Assembly: GCA_964291295.2 (NCBI GenBank)
Contig: OZ219754.1
Coordinates: 2,528,001-2,592,000 of the forward strand
Length of the DNA stretch: 64,000 bases
Source: an uncultured Candidatus Binatia bacterium
Lineage (GTDB): Bacteria > Desulfobacterota > Binatia > UBA9968 > JAJDTQ01
Reading direction: 5' to 3'
Part shown: positions 32,910 through 44,495 of the stretch, piece by piece
Numbering within the stretch: the first letter of the stretch is position 1
Layout of the letters: each line of letters opens with the position of its first letter
Made by a program: the position numbers and the translations under genes
The notes under the pieces: model-generated
Database searches by the model: none
Seen by the model: only the letters and a program-made list of their open reading frames with translations
What the model was told of the DNA's origin: nothing

Positions 32910-33375
32910 CGTTGCGTTGTCCCGCGGCTTCCCTTACCGCCGCCACGATCTGCATGTAGCCGGTGCACATGCAGAGGTTCCCCGCCAGTCCCTCGCGGAT
33001 TTCCTCGTCGTCGGGGTTCGGGTTCTTCTTCAGGAGGGAGTCGGCGGCCATGATCATTCCCGGCGTGCAGTAGCCGCACTGGAAGCCGTAGTTGTTGATG
33101 AAGGCCTCCTGGATGGGGTGCAGCGCATCGCCGTCCGCCAGCCCCTCGATGGTGGTGATCTGCCTGCCGTCGGCCTGCACGGCGAACATCAGGCATGACT
33201 TCACGAGTGTACCGTCCACCTGCACGGTGCAGGCACCGCACTCTCCGACGATGCAGCCGATGTGCGTGCCGGTGAGGCCGATGGTCTCCCGCAGAAAACA
33301 GGAAAGGAGTTGGCGTGGCTCGATTTCCTCCTGATACAACCGTCCGTTGACGGTGACGCGAACTGTCCGTTTCAT
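32902..33375 (-). CDS. (2Fe-2S)-binding subunit (CoxS-like)
   Basis: GCIVGECGAC, QCGYCTPG, NLCMCTGY. Confidence 0.92.
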   Translation of the reverse strand: MKRTVRVTVNGRLYQEEIEPRQLLSCFLRETIGLTGTHIGCIVGECGACTVQVDGTLVKSCLMFAVQADGRQITTIEGLADGDALHPIQEAFINNYGFQCGYCTPGMIMAADSLLKKNPNPDDEEIREGLAGNLCMCTGYMQIVAAVREAAGQRNDD

Positions 33376-33519
33376 GACGTGATCGTTGTCCCCTTGTATT
33401 CCGATGGCGTTCCCGGCGTGCGGATTGCCGCCTGTAATGGAAGGCGCGGCCGGCGAGCCGGCCGCGCCCCGTGACTGCCAGGGACGAGTTTATAGCGGGG
33501 AGGCCGTCACCCTGTCAAA

Positions 33520-34149
33520 TCACGCGCGCCCGAGGCGTTTCCTCGACCACGGCGCGTGGCGCCATGTCACGATGCGATAGCCCAGCAGCACCGCCAGCAC
33601 GCCGGCGAAGATGAGGGGGGTTCGCAGGTCGGCCTTCACCAGCCAGAGAAAGTGGACGACGCCGGCGATGGCGGATAAGTAGATCAGGCGGTGAAGTTGC
33701 TGCCAGCGGCGGCCGCCGAGCCTGCGTATCCAGCCGGCGGTAGAGGTGACCGCCAGCGGCACCATCAGCAGGAAACCCACCGTCCCGGCGGCGATGTAAG
33801 GCCGCTTGAAGACGTCCTGCTGGATCGCGGCGGGGTCGAAGAAGTGGTCCAGCACCACGAAGGTGGCGAGGTGCAGCACGGTGTAGAAGAAGGCGAACAG
33901 GCCCAGCATGCGGCGCAGCCGGATGAGGCCGGCGTAGCCCGTGATGCGCCGGAGCGGCGTCACCGCCAGCGTGATCATCAGGAACACCAGGGCAACGGTT
34001 CCGGTGGTGTGGGTGATGAACTCCACCGGGTTGGCGCCGAGCCCGTCGGTGAGGAGTCCGGTCACGAGTCGCGCCGCCGGGAGCAAAGACGCCGCGAAGA
34101 CCAGTGTCTTGATCCAGGTCATGGGCTTGATCCGGGTAGTCGGTTTCAT
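33520..34149 (-). CDS. msrQ: Protein-methionine-sulfoxide reductase heme-binding subunit
   Basis: LAVTPLR, RRMLGLFAFFY, PLAVTS, WQQLHRLIY; downstream of msrP. Confidence 0.92.
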   Translation of the reverse strand: MKPTTRIKPMTWIKTLVFAASLLPAARLVTGLLTDGLGANPVEFITHTTGTVALVFLMITLAVTPLRRITGYAGLIRLRRMLGLFAFFYTVLHLATFVVLDHFFDPAAIQQDVFKRPYIAAGTVGFLLMVPLAVTSTAGWIRRLGGRRWQQLHRLIYLSAIAGVVHFLWLVKADLRTPLIFAGVLAVLLGYRIVTWRHAPWSRKRLGRA

Positions 34150-34192
34150 GGAGGGTCTTTCCTGCGTTCCGGGTCCGTGAACGGATCCCGGG

Positions 34193-35152
34193 TCAGTACA
34201 GCTTCTTCAGGTCCATCCCCTTGTAAAGGTGCGCCACCTGCTCTTCGTAGCCGTTGAACATGAGCGTCTTGCGCCTGAAGAAATCGCCGATGCGCCGCTC
34301 GCTCGCCTGGCTCCAGCGGGGATGGTCCACGGTCGGGTTCACGTTGGAGTAGAAGCCGTATTCGTGGGGTGCCGCGGTGTTCCATGCGGTGGGCGGCTCC
34401 TGTTCCACGAAACGCATCCTGACGATGGACTTGGCGCTCTTGAAGCCGTACTTCCACGGCACCACCAGGCGGATGGGCGCGCCGTTCTGGTTGGGCATCA
34501 CCTCGCCATAGAGTCCCACCCCCATGATCGTCAGCGGATTCATCGCCTCGTCCATGCGCAGGCCCTCCACGTAGGGCCAGTCCAGGATGCCCCGGCGCTG
34601 GCCGGGCATCTGCTCCGGATCGAGGAGGGTCGCGAACTGGACGTACCGGGCGTTGGCGGTGGGCTCCACCGCCTTGATGAGGTGCTTCAGTTCGAATCCG
34701 ATCCAGGGGATCACCATGGACCACGCCTCCACGCACCGGAGCCGGTAGACCCGTTCCTCCAGCGGCAGCTTCAGCAGTTCGTCGATGTCGAAAGTCCTGG
34801 GCCTGTGCACCTCGCCCTCCACCACCAGGGTCCACGGTCGGGTCCTGAGACTCCCGGCATACCGCTTCGGGTCTCCCTTGTCGGTGCCGAACTCGTAGAA
34901 GTTGTTGTAGCTCGTGACGTCCTTGAGCGGCGTCCTCTCCTCTTCGGTGGAGAACCGGCCCTTGGCTACCCCCTCAAGCCGGGTGGCCGCCCGGGGAGCG
35001 TCCGCGGCGCCGAACAGGGCGGGAACCAGCAGGCCCGAGCCGATGCCGGCGGCTCCCAGCGATGCTGCCTGCATGAACCGGCGCCGGTCCAGATAGTGTT
35101 TCTTGTCCGTGATCTCGCTGCTCCTGATGTCGTCGGGTCTCTTGATCAACAT
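34193..35152 (-). CDS. msrP: Protein-methionine-sulfoxide reductase catalytic subunit
   Basis: Tat motif [42 protein letters not shown]. Confidence 0.95.
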   Translation of the reverse strand: MLIKRPDDIRSSEITDKKHYLDRRRFMQAASLGAAGIGSGLLVPALFGAADAPRAATRLEGVAKGRFSTEEERTPLKDVTSYNNFYEFGTDKGDPKRYAGSLRTRPWTLVVEGEVHRPRTFDIDELLKLPLEERVYRLRCVEAWSMVIPWIGFELKHLIKAVEPTANARYVQFATLLDPEQMPGQRRGILDWPYVEGLRMDEAMNPLTIMGVGLYGEVMPNQNGAPIRLVVPWKYGFKSAKSIVRMRFVEQEPPTAWNTAAPHEYGFYSNVNPTVDHPRWSQASERRIGDFFRRKTLMFNGYEEQVAHLYKGMDLKKLY

Positions 35153-35492
35153 GATCGCGTTCCCTTCCTTTCAAAGACACCGTGACAAGACACGGGGAAA
35201 TGACACGGTGAATAACGCCGCAAAATGTAACGCCGTAAAATGACGCCGTGAGCATGCGCTGTGCTGCGAGAGTGTATGCGGTCCCGGCGTCGTGCCCGTC
35301 TCCGGTCCGTCGTTCGATTCAACCTGTAAATTCACTTTGGCCCCCCAACCCCATCACTTTGGCCCCCCAACCCCACCTTGTCAATTCATGGGGCGGTCGC
35401 GCGCCCTGAGACCCTCCGTCGCCATTCGCGGCCTGGGCCGTTTCGTAGTAGATTTCGACATTCCCCGCGAGCTTCGTGACGGAGGTGCCCGC

Positions 35493-36461
35493 ATGCATGA
35501 GAAGATCGTCTATCTGAACGGCAGCTTCGTACCCGAGAGCGAAGCCAAGGTGTCGGTTCTCGACATGGGTTTCCACGCCGGCGACGGTGTCTACGACGTG
35601 ACCCGCACCTTTCGGCACAAGCCGTTCAGGCTCAAGGAGCACAACGACCGCCTGTTCCGGTCCCTGAAGTACACCCGCATCGACTGCGGCATGTCGCAGG
35701 AGGCGATGGAGGCGGCCGCCCTGGAGGTCATCGAACGCAACCGGGATCTGCTGGGTCCGGACGACGACTACGCCGTGTGGCAGGTGGTCACCCGGGGTCG
35801 GCGTCCTTCGACCGGCCCGCGCCGCAACCACCGCGCCACCGTAGCCATCTACTGCATGGACGTGGACTTCACCGGATTCTGCCGCCACTACGTCGAGGGG
35901 GTCGCCGTCGTCGTGCCGCCCACCCGGCGCATCCCGCCTCAGTGCCTGGAGTCCAAGGCCAAGATCACCAACAAGATGAATCACATCATCGCCACCTTCG
36001 AAGCCAGACAGGCGGACCCCGGGGCGATTCCGCTCATGCTGGACCTCGACGGCAACATCGCCGAGAGCAATGCCCACAATTTCTTCGCGGTCATCGGCGG
36101 GAAGATCTACACCCCGGGTTCCAGGAACGTCCTGGGCGGAATTACCCGTGCGGTGCTCGGGGAGCTGTCGGAGCGGCTGGACATGGAGCTGGAGGAGGCC
36201 GACCTGACGCCCTTCGACTGTCTGAACGCGGACGAGGCCTTCCTCACCAGCACCAGCCCGACCATCGTGCCCGTCAATAGCATCAACGGCGTCCGCTTCG
36301 CATGCGACGTCCCGGGTCCCGTGACCGTGCGGCTGCTCAAGGGCTGGGCCGAACTGGTGGGCGTGGACATCGTCGGCCAGGCCATCAACCACATGGAGGG
36401 GGAGGAGAAGGAGGCGCTGACAGCCGCGTGGAACGGGAAGCAGGCGGCGTCGGACCGGTAA
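35493..36461 (+). CDS. Class IV PLP-dependent aminotransferase
   Basis: GDGVYDVTR, AKITN, NFF, LGGITR, ADEAFLTST. Confidence 0.88.
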   Translation: MHEKIVYLNGSFVPESEAKVSVLDMGFHAGDGVYDVTRTFRHKPFRLKEHNDRLFRSLKYTRIDCGMSQEAMEAAALEVIERNRDLLGPDDDYAVWQVVTRGRRPSTGPRRNHRATVAIYCMDVDFTGFCRHYVEGVAVVVPPTRRIPPQCLESKAKITNKMNHIIATFEARQADPGAIPLMLDLDGNIAESNAHNFFAVIGGKIYTPGSRNVLGGITRAVLGELSERLDMELEEADLTPFDCLNADEAFLTSTSPTIVPVNSINGVRFACDVPGPVTVRLLKGWAELVGVDIVGQAINHMEGEEKEALTAAWNGKQAASDR

Positions 36462-36479
36462 CCCCGGGTGGCCGCGACC

Positions 36480-37415
36480 ATGCGACCGACCCGAGCGCTG
36501 AAACATGACCTCCACGTCGCCGTCTCCGGCCTGACCATGGGGGCCGCCGACGTCGTGCCCGGCGTCTCCGGCGGCACCATGGCGTTCATCATGGGCATCT
36601 ACGAGGAACTTGTGGACGCCCTCGAATCCCTGAACTGGCGGCTGCTGGGTCTGCTGGCGCGCCTGCGCTTCCGTGAAGCCATGGCCGCGGTTCCCTGGCG
36701 CTTCCTGGTGGTGCTCGGCGCCGGCATCGCCGCCGCCATCCTGGCCCTGGCGGCTCCCATCGGATGGTTGCTGGACCACCACCCGGTCCCGCTGTTCGCC
36801 TTCTTCCTGGGGCTGGTCCTGGCCAGCATCGTTGCCGTGGCGGCCCGATTGCGCTGGTCCGTGACCGCGGGTCTGTGCCTCGTTCTGGGCGCCGGCGCCG
36901 CCTGGTGGCTGGTGGGTCTGGTCCCGGCGGCCATGCCGCACGACGCCGTCACGCTCTTCCTGAGCGGCGCCGCCGCCATCACCGCGATGCTCCTGCCCGG
37001 CGTCTCCGGCTCCTTCATTCTGTTGGTCCTGGGCCAGTACGAATTCGCCATCGACGCCGTCCGGGACCGGGACTTCCCCGCCCTCCTGCCCCTGGTCGGG
37101 GGCGCCGTGTGCGGCATGTTGCCGTTCGTGCGCATCCTGGGCTGGTTGCTGCGCCGCCGCCGACCGGTCACCCTGGCACTCCTCATGGGCTTCATGGCAG
37201 GCTCCCTGAGAAAGGTCTGGCCGTTCAAGGCGGCCTTGGCGGGCGACGGCGGGGCGCTGGCGCCCGCCGAGGTCAACGTGCTGCCGGAGTTCGACGGCAC
37301 CTTCTGGCTTTCAGTCGCGTTGTGCCTGTTGGGGTTTCTGCTGGTGCTGTCGCTCTCGGCGCAGCAGCGCGCGGCGGCGGCGGAGACACCCGACAGCGGA
37401 AACGGCGCGGCATGA
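36480..37415 (+). CDS. DUF368 membrane protein (undecaprenyl-phosphate translocase family)
   Basis: MGAADVVPGVSGGTMA and LPGVSGS repeats; multiple TM segments. Confidence 0.88.
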   Translation: MRPTRALKHDLHVAVSGLTMGAADVVPGVSGGTMAFIMGIYEELVDALESLNWRLLGLLARLRFREAMAAVPWRFLVVLGAGIAAAILALAAPIGWLLDHHPVPLFAFFLGLVLASIVAVAARLRWSVTAGLCLVLGAGAAWWLVGLVPAAMPHDAVTLFLSGAAAITAMLLPGVSGSFILLVLGQYEFAIDAVRDRDFPALLPLVGGAVCGMLPFVRILGWLLRRRRPVTLALLMGFMAGSLRKVWPFKAALAGDGGALAPAEVNVLPEFDGTFWLSVALCLLGFLLVLSLSAQQRAAAAETPDSGNGAA

Positions 37416-37601
37416 GCCGGCTGCCGAACCGCCTCCGGGCCGGCGGCAGGAAGGCCGGCGGAACCGCTTGCAGCGCAGCTCCCCATCCCTTGCGACCGAA
37501 GCCGCGCCACAAGCGGGCGACCTGGCGGCAGCCCCGCGGATTCGACCCGCGGGGCAGTCCGCCACCCGCGGCCCTTCCGGGCCGGCGCGCCCGGCGCCGG
37601 G

Positions 37602-38306
37602 TCACAGGCCAAGGCAGGCGGCCGCGTAGCGTTCGCCGAAGATCCGCAGGGAGCGGGCGTCGTAGTGCAGGCGGTCGCCCTTGTCGGTGAGACCCTCCGC
37701 GGTGGCGAGGGCGCAGTGGGGAAGGCTGTCCGGGATCTTGCGCAGTTGGGCGTTGACCGTCCGATAGTGCGGAAAATCGGGCCGCGCCGCCAGAAAGGCG
37801 CCGAGCTCTCCCAGCACCACCGGCAACGCCGGCGCGCCGAGTTGCGCCCGCAGCTCGGTGATCATGACGGTGAACCGCCGCGCGTAGCTGGAGGCGTCCG
37901 TGTCGGACCTGGCGTCGTGCTCGCCCTGGTGCCACAGAACCGCCCTGAGGGTGCCGTCCCGGGCGGTCTTCCCGGCGGCGGCCACGGCGCCCGCGTAGAG
38001 GTCGGCGCCCGGCATCCACCGCTCGAGAGGGGTGGAGCCCACGGCGCGGGGGACCAGACCGATGACGGTGTCGGGGTCGGCGTTCCGCAGGGAACGGGCG
38101 AAGCTCATGGCGAGGCCGATGCCGGCGGTGGGCCGGTCGTGGTGCAGGGGTTCTTCGGCAACGCTCCAGCGGCTGTCCCGGAACACGCGGATGCGCTCGT
38201 CCCGGATGGGCTCCACATCCTGCGGGAGCCCGCGGCCCGCCATGTTCGACTGGCCCATGAGCAGGAAGATGTCCATCGTGTCCATCGCCGTCCTGTCCAT
38301 CGCCAT
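37602..38306 (-). CDS. Sialate O-acetylesterase (SASA/SGNH) family protein
   Basis: GQSNMAGRG, LWHQGE, DRLHY. Confidence 0.85.
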   Translation of the reverse strand: MAMDRTAMDTMDIFLLMGQSNMAGRGLPQDVEPIRDERIRVFRDSRWSVAEEPLHHDRPTAGIGLAMSFARSLRNADPDTVIGLVPRAVGSTPLERWMPGADLYAGAVAAAGKTARDGTLRAVLWHQGEHDARSDTDASSYARRFTVMITELRAQLGAPALPVVLGELGAFLAARPDFPHYRTVNAQLRKIPDSLPHCALATAEGLTDKGDRLHYDARSLRIFGERYAAACLGL

Positions 38307-38356
38307 CCTTGCACCGATGCGGCTTGTCCGTGAATCGCCCGGCGCGGTGGCGCGGG

Positions 38357-39343
38357 CTAGTAGGGCAGCCGGATTCCGGCGCCTTCCTCCAACGCCTTCC
38401 GGTAGAGCCACGCGGCCAGGGAGATGTCCTGGTTCACCATCCCGATGGCGCGCATGAAGATGCGTTCCCGGTCGTCTTCCCGGCCGGGAACCTTGCCCGA
38501 CAGGATGTCGGGGAACTCGGCGTAGACGTCGCCGGCGGTGAGGAAGCCTTCCTTGAGCATCCGCTGGATGTCCGACTTCTTCCTGCACTGGGCCCAGCTG
38601 TCCACCACGAACTTGCCCATGCCCTTGTAGGCGGCGTTCTCGAGCTCCTGGTGCTTGCCAATGGAGTAGACGAAGGAGCCGGGGTCGATCCATTCCCGCT
38701 TGACGAAGGGCTCCGGGGTCGTGGTGGCGGACACCACCAGGTCGGCCCCGTCCAGTGCCCGGGAGGCGGTGTCGCAGGGAAGCACGTTCAGGTCCAACGC
38801 CTCGCCGACCTCCCGGGCAAAGGCCGCGCGGGTCTCGGCACGGCGGGACAGCACTCGAACCTCGGAGAGATGGAAGGCCCGCGCCATGACCGGCACGGTG
38901 GCCCGCGCCGTGTCGCCGGCACCCAGCATGGCCATCACCGACGCACCCGGGCGCGCGAGGCTCTGGCAGGCCACTGCGGCGGCGGCGCCGGTGCGCACGG
39001 AATGGCACCAGTCTTCGTCCATGATGGCCGTGACTTCGCCGCCCTGCCGGTGGCTCAGGATGAGGATGCGCCGGGGGCCGCGGGGCGGCCGGGAAGGGTC
39101 CCGGCTTCCTCCCGCGGTCTTGATGGCGCGCAAGCGGAACCCGGCGGCGGCGTCCAGGGAGCAGCCGGTGACCCAGTACTGCCACCCCTGCTCGGGTTTG
39201 ACCGCCAGATCCTCGGGCACGGACCAGCCCACGCGTCCGGCGCCGTGGTCCCGGAGCGCGGCCTTGACGATGTCGATGGACGCGTCCAGGTCCAGGAGGC
39301 GCCGGACGTCATCGTTGGACAGGTAGAGGATTCCGTCGGCCAT
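38357..39343 (-). CDS. Ornithine cyclodeaminase/mu-crystallin family protein
   Basis: RTGAAAAVA, GAGDTA, ADLVVSAT, GREDDRE. Confidence 0.85.
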   Translation of the reverse strand: MADGILYLSNDDVRRLLDLDASIDIVKAALRDHGAGRVGWSVPEDLAVKPEQGWQYWVTGCSLDAAAGFRLRAIKTAGGSRDPSRPPRGPRRILILSHRQGGEVTAIMDEDWCHSVRTGAAAAVACQSLARPGASVMAMLGAGDTARATVPVMARAFHLSEVRVLSRRAETRAAFAREVGEALDLNVLPCDTASRALDGADLVVSATTTPEPFVKREWIDPGSFVYSIGKHQELENAAYKGMGKFVVDSWAQCRKKSDIQRMLKEGFLTAGDVYAEFPDILSGKVPGREDDRERIFMRAIGMVNQDISLAAWLYRKALEEGAGIRLPY

Positions 39344-39347
39344 GGCG

Positions 39348-40481
39348 TCACGCGATCACGTCGAGCCGCTCCGCCCCCGCGGTGAGGAGTTCGGCGCCGC
39401 CGGCGGTGATGCACACGTCCTCTTCCAGGTGGACCGAGGCGCCCGGGATGCGCACCTTGGGCTCGATGGCCAGCACCATGCCCGGCTCCACGGTCCGGTT
39501 CTCGGCCTCGCTGATGGACGGCGGTTCCGCCCGGGCCATGCCGATGCCGTGGCCGATGCGTTTGGGGCGCGCCACCTCGGGATAGCCGTTCCTTGTCAAC
39601 TCGGCGTTCGCCACCCGCGGGATCTCGGCGATGGGGGTGCCCGGCTTCATTTTCTTGACACACTCCCGGATCAGGTGCAGCGCCAGCGCGTGCTCCCGGG
39701 TCTGTGCGGCGCTGGGCGCCCCGAAGACGGCCATGCGGGTGATGTCGCCGTAGTAGCCCTCGTAGCAGGCGCCGAAATCGGCGATCATGCGGTCGCCCTT
39801 CTCGTAGCGCCGTTCGTCGTATCGGGTGGAGGCGTTCAGCATGAGAAAGCCGGGATGGCGCGGATGGGCGCCTTCCTCGATCATGGCGATGTAGAGGCGT
39901 TCGGCCACCTCCCGGCGGGTGACCCCGGCCCGGAGATCGGGAAGGATGCGCTCATAGGCCCTCCGGGAGATGTCGCAGGCCTTGCGCATGTGCCGCATCT
40001 CGCGCGGGCTCTTGTACAGCCGTTGATCGGTGAGGGCGGCGGAGCCGTCCTCGATCCTGGCCTTGGGCAGCGCCTCGGTGAGCTGCGTGAGGTAGTTGAC
40101 CGGGAAGCCCAGCCGTTGGTCATCGTCCAGTTCGAACCCCAGTCTGGCGGAACCGTACCCCATGTCGTTCAGGAGGTCGCTCAGCATCTCGCGCGGAAAG
40201 GGCACATCCACGTAGCTGCGCACCTCGTCGAACCAGGGCAATGCCTCCGCCTTGCTCTTGTTGTTGCCGTACACCAGCGCGAAGGGCTTGCCCTCCCTGG
40301 GGATGAAGCAGATCTCGGGCCGCATCAGGTGGTCGAACTGGTAGCTGACAAGGCCGGTGAAATACCAGAAGTTGTCGCGGCCCGAGGCCACCACAAGGTC
40401 CAGCCCGTCGCGCTCCATGAGCCGTTGCAACTCCTGGTGCCGTGATTCGTACTCTTGCCGGGGAAACGGGGCTTCGATCAT
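39348..40481 (-). CDS. M24 (Xaa-Pro) peptidase family protein
   Basis: DFGACYEGYYGDITR, GHGIG, GMVLAIEP, LEEDV. Confidence 0.88.
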   Translation of the reverse strand: MIEAPFPRQEYESRHQELQRLMERDGLDLVVASGRDNFWYFTGLVSYQFDHLMRPEICFIPREGKPFALVYGNNKSKAEALPWFDEVRSYVDVPFPREMLSDLLNDMGYGSARLGFELDDDQRLGFPVNYLTQLTEALPKARIEDGSAALTDQRLYKSPREMRHMRKACDISRRAYERILPDLRAGVTRREVAERLYIAMIEEGAHPRHPGFLMLNASTRYDERRYEKGDRMIADFGACYEGYYGDITRMAVFGAPSAAQTREHALALHLIRECVKKMKPGTPIAEIPRVANAELTRNGYPEVARPKRIGHGIGMARAEPPSISEAENRTVEPGMVLAIEPKVRIPGASVHLEEDVCITAGGAELLTAGAERLDVIA

Positions 40482-40553
40482 CCGGGCGCCTCCGGGTCGG
40501 GACAGGGGGTCAAGGGCGTGGAGCATATCAAGGCCCGTGCGGCCCGGCAACGA

Positions 40554-41942
40554 TCAGAACTCCGCGCAGCCGGGAGTCCTCGGGAAGGGGATGACGTCGC
40601 GGATGTTTCCCAGGCCGGTCACGAACTGGATCAGGCGCTCGAAGCCCAGCCCGAAGCCGGCATGGGGTGCGCTGCCGTAACGCCGCAGTTCCAGGTACCA
40701 CCAGTACTCCTCTTCGGAGAGGCCGCACTCCAGGATTCGCCGCCGGAGCTGCGGCAGGCGGTGCTCCCGCTGCGAGCCGCCGATGATCTCGCCGATCCTG
40801 GGCACCAGTACGTCCAGGGCTGCCACGGTCCGTTCGTCGTCGTTGACGTACATGTAGAACGCCTTGATCTCCCTGGGATAGTCGATGACCATCACCGGCC
40901 GGCGCACGTGCTCTTCCACGAGGTAGCGCTCATGCTCGCTCTGGAGGTTGACGCCCCAGGACACCGGGTACTCGAAGCGGCGCCCGGAACGCTGGAGGAT
41001 GGTCACCGCCTCGGTGTAGGTCATGCGCTCGAAGGACTGCGCCGCGATGTTCGCGAGGGTCTCCCGCACGGTCGGGTCCGTGCGCGCGTTGAAGAACGCC
41101 AAGTCTTCGGTGCAGTGCTCCAGCACGTCCCCGGCGATATTCTTCAGGAACGCCTCGGCCAGATCCATGTTGCCCTGGATGTCGCAGAAGGCCATCTCCG
41201 GCTCCACCATCCAGAACTCCGCCAGATGCCGGCTGGTGTTGGAGTTCTCGGAGCGGAACGTCGGCCCGAAGGTGTAGACGCGGGACAGTGCCAGAGCGGC
41301 GATCTCCGCCTCGAGCTGGCCGGACACCGTGAGCCGCGCCTCCCTGCCGAAGAAGTCCTGCGAGTAATCCACGCCGCCGGATGCGGCGCGCGGCGGCTGC
41401 CCGGGGTCCAGGGTGGAGACCCGGAACATCTCGCCGGCGCCTTCGCAGTCCGAGAGCGTGATGATGGGGGCGTGGAGCTGGATGAAGCCGCGTTCCTGAA
41501 AAAACCGATGGATGGCCCGGGCAACGGCGTTCCGCACCCGCATCACCGCGCCGAAGGTGTTGGTGCGCATGCGCAGGTGGCCGAGGGTGCGCAGGAACTC
41601 GAAGCTGTGGCGCTTCTTCTGGAGCGGATAGTCCTCGTCGGCGTATCCCACCACCTCCACGCCCCCGGCCTGGATCTCGTAGCGCTGCCCCTTGCCCGGC
41701 GACTCCGCCAGCCGGCCGGTCACGCGTACGCAGCAGCCGGTGGTGAGCTTGCGCACCTCGCTTTCGTAGTTGGCCAGTTCCGGTGCGGCCACCGCCTGGA
41801 TGCCGGACAGGCACGAGCCGTCGGAGATGTCCAGGAACGAGACGTTCTTGCTGTGGCGCACCGTCCGCAGCCATCCCTCCACGGCGACTTGGGCGTCGGC
41901 CGCGCCACCGTCGAGCAACTCCTTGATTCGTTCTTTCGTCAT
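40554..41942 (-). CDS. asnS: Asparagine--tRNA ligase
   Basis: [52 protein letters not shown]. Confidence 0.96.
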   Translation of the reverse strand: MTKERIKELLDGGAADAQVAVEGWLRTVRHSKNVSFLDISDGSCLSGIQAVAAPELANYESEVRKLTTGCCVRVTGRLAESPGKGQRYEIQAGGVEVVGYADEDYPLQKKRHSFEFLRTLGHLRMRTNTFGAVMRVRNAVARAIHRFFQERGFIQLHAPIITLSDCEGAGEMFRVSTLDPGQPPRAASGGVDYSQDFFGREARLTVSGQLEAEIAALALSRVYTFGPTFRSENSNTSRHLAEFWMVEPEMAFCDIQGNMDLAEAFLKNIAGDVLEHCTEDLAFFNARTDPTVRETLANIAAQSFERMTYTEAVTILQRSGRRFEYPVSWGVNLQSEHERYLVEEHVRRPVMVIDYPREIKAFYMYVNDDERTVAALDVLVPRIGEIIGGSQREHRLPQLRRRILECGLSEEEYWWYLELRRYGSAPHAGFGLGFERLIQFVTGLGNIRDVIPFPRTPGCAEF

Positions 41943-42201
41943 GGCTCGCACCGTTTCCTTTCCGGGGGGCTTGTGTCCCGGCGCCCGAGACCTGCCAGCG
42001 TCCGGGTGAGGTTGCCGGAGTTCGGCCCCATGCCGTGCACCGGGATGATGGCGGACGCCGGAACGCGGCCGGGCATGACCCGGGTGAGCGGGATGCCGCC
42101 GCCGGGACCCACCCCGGCGGCAAAGGTGAACCGGATGCGCGGCAGGTCGTTCACGGGCGGATGCGGACACGCGGGACCGGCGGCGTCCCTGCCGGAGGCC
42201 A

Positions 42202-43002
42202 TCAGGCGCCCGCCGGTGCGGCCGCCCGCCGCACGGGATTGCGCAGCGTGCCGATGTGGCTGATCTCCACGGCCACCACGTCACCGTCCTTCATGTTCCG
42301 AGTGGCGCCGTCGGTGCCCATCCAGAGCACGTCCCCCGGAACCAGGGTGAGGTAGCGGCTCATGGCGCTGAGGTAGCGGGCGACCCCGAAGATCGCGTCC
42401 CGGACATCGTACGCGCCCACCACCCGGTCGTTGAGCGTGACGGTTACATGCAGGTCGTTGGGGTCGAGGTCGGTGACGATCCATGGGCCCATGGGTTTGA
42501 ATGTGTCGGTGTTCTTGGCCCGCCAGAGGGTCCGGTCGGATTTCTGCCAAGTGCGTTCGCTCACGTCGTTGCCGATGGTGTAGCCGAAGACATGGTCCAG
42601 GGCCTCGTCCTCGGGCACGTCACGGCACTTCCGGCCGATGATCGCCACCAGTTCGCCCTCGTACTGCACCTGCTCCGAGGCGTCGTGAGGGATGACGATG
42701 GCGTCTTCGTGGGCCGCCAGCGCATTGATGGCGCGGTAGCCCACGTCGGGCCGGGCGGGCAGTACCGGTTCCTCGCCCCGCAGTGCAGCGACGTGGGTCA
42801 CGTGCCCGCGATAGTTGACGCCGGCGGCATAGAAGGTTGGCGGCACCACGGGCGGCAGCAGCCTGACGTCGCTCAGGGCGTGGGTCTCGCCGGTGACGGT
42901 GTAGTTCTCGAACGGGCTGCCGGAGATGACGGTGACGGTGTCCGCGGCATCGATGATGCCGAAAGCCGTCCTGTTGTCGCATCGGAATCTGCACCACCTC
43001 AT
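42202..43002 (-). CDS. Fumarylacetoacetate hydrolase family protein
   Basis: [43 protein letters not shown]. Confidence 0.9.
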   Translation of the reverse strand: MRWCRFRCDNRTAFGIIDAADTVTVISGSPFENYTVTGETHALSDVRLLPPVVPPTFYAAGVNYRGHVTHVAALRGEEPVLPARPDVGYRAINALAAHEDAIVIPHDASEQVQYEGELVAIIGRKCRDVPEDEALDHVFGYTIGNDVSERTWQKSDRTLWRAKNTDTFKPMGPWIVTDLDPNDLHVTVTLNDRVVGAYDVRDAIFGVARYLSAMSRYLTLVPGDVLWMGTDGATRNMKDGDVVAVEISHIGTLRNPVRRAAAPAGA

Positions 43003-44471
43003 TCAGGCATCTCCTTCCTTGGCGGGCCGCCGTCCGCCACCACCCAGGCGGCCATGAAGTCGCGGACCCGCATCGGTTCCAGGGACTCCCGGCCGGCGCA
43101 GGCGGCGCGGATGATGCGGCACTGGTCCTCGGGGAGGTGCGCGGCGATGTGCCGCTCGAACTTCTCCCGCAAGAGCGGCAGACCCTCGCCGCGCCGCCGC
43201 CGGTGGCCGATGGGGCAGGAGATCTCCACCCGCGCCGTGGAGGTGCCGTCCCTGAAGTGCACCTGGACCGCGTTGCCGATGGCTCGTTTGTCCGGGTCCA
43301 TGTAGTCGGCGGTGAAGCGCGGGTTCTCCCGCACCTCCATGGTGTCCCGCAATCGGTCGATGCGCGGGTCCCGCGCGGTCTCTTCCTCGTAGTGCCGTGC
43401 GGTGAGCGCACCGTGGATCAGCGGCACCGCCACCATGTACTGCAGGCAATGGTCCCGGTCCGCGGGATTGTCCAGCGGTCCGGTCTTGTCGATGATGCGT
43501 GCGCCGGCTTCCTGGGTCTCGATGACGATGCGCTCGATGTCGTCGAGGCGCTCCCGGACCGCGGGGTGCAGTTCCAGCGCCGCCTCCACCGCGGTCTGGG
43601 CGTGGAACTCCGCAGGAAAGGATATCTTGAACAGCACGTTCTCCATGACGTAGCTGCCGTAGGGCTGGCTCAACGACAACGGCCGCCCCCTGAACAGCAC
43701 GTCGCAACAGCCCCAGCCCTTGGCCGAGAGAGCGGAGGGATAACCCATCTCGCCCCGCAGCGCCATCAGCGCCAGCCACACCCCGCGGCTGGCGGCGTCG
43801 CCGGCCGCCCAGCTCTTGCGCGTTCCGGTGTTGGGGGCATGACGGTAGGTGCGCAGGGCGGCGCCGTCGATCCAGGCGTTGGAAAGGGCGTTCACTACCT
43901 GCTCCCGGGAGCCGCCCAGCATGGCCGCCGCCACCGCGGTGCTGGCCACCCGCACCAGCAGCACGTGGTCCAGCCCCAGGCGGTTGAAGGCGTTCTCCAG
44001 CGCCAGGACCCCCTGGATCTCGTGGGCCTTGATCATGGCCGTGAGCACGTCGCCCATGGTGACGTACCGATCCGCGCGCCGGTCGAGGTAGTCCGCCACC
44101 GCCAGGATGGCGCCGAGGTTGTCGGAGGGATGCCCCCATTCCGCGGCCAGGAAGGTGTCATTGAAATCAAGCCAGCGGATCATGGCGCCGATGTTGAAAG
44201 CGGCCTGCACCGGGTCGAGCTCGTGGGCGGTGCCGGGCACCCGGGCCCCGCCGGGCATCACCGCCCCGGCCACCACCGGCCCCAGCCGTCGGGTGCAGGC
44301 GGGGAAGTCGAGGGCGGCCAGGGCGCAGCCCAGGCTGTCCATGAGGCACAGGCGCGCGGTCTCGCGCGCCTCGTCCGGGAACGGCCCGGTGGAGAGGGCG
44401 TAGGCGGCCATGTCGGAGAGCACCGCGTCGGGTCGGGGCCGCTGGGCGTCGCGCACGGCAGAGTCGGTCAT
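42999..44471 (-). CDS. prpD: 2-methylcitrate dehydratase
   Basis: [53 protein letters not shown]. Confidence 0.93.
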   Translation of the reverse strand: MTDSAVRDAQRPRPDAVLSDMAAYALSTGPFPDEARETARLCLMDSLGCALAALDFPACTRRLGPVVAGAVMPGGARVPGTAHELDPVQAAFNIGAMIRWLDFNDTFLAAEWGHPSDNLGAILAVADYLDRRADRYVTMGDVLTAMIKAHEIQGVLALENAFNRLGLDHVLLVRVASTAVAAAMLGGSREQVVNALSNAWIDGAALRTYRHAPNTGTRKSWAAGDAASRGVWLALMALRGEMGYPSALSAKGWGCCDVLFRGRPLSLSQPYGSYVMENVLFKISFPAEFHAQTAVEAALELHPAVRERLDDIERIVIETQEAGARIIDKTGPLDNPADRDHCLQYMVAVPLIHGALTARHYEEETARDPRIDRLRDTMEVRENPRFTADYMDPDKRAIGNAVQVHFRDGTSTARVEISCPIGHRRRRGEGLPLLREKFERHIAAHLPEDQCRIIRAACAGRESLEPMRVRDFMAAWVVADGGPPRKEMPE

Positions 44472-44495
44472 GGCGGAGGTGCGGCGGGGCGCCGC

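Noticed and set aside
30456-33053. Long antisense ORFs (e.g. 30456-33053, 40455-42263, 43137-45086)
   Set aside because: Shadow frames opposite well-supported genes, with no recognisable motifs.
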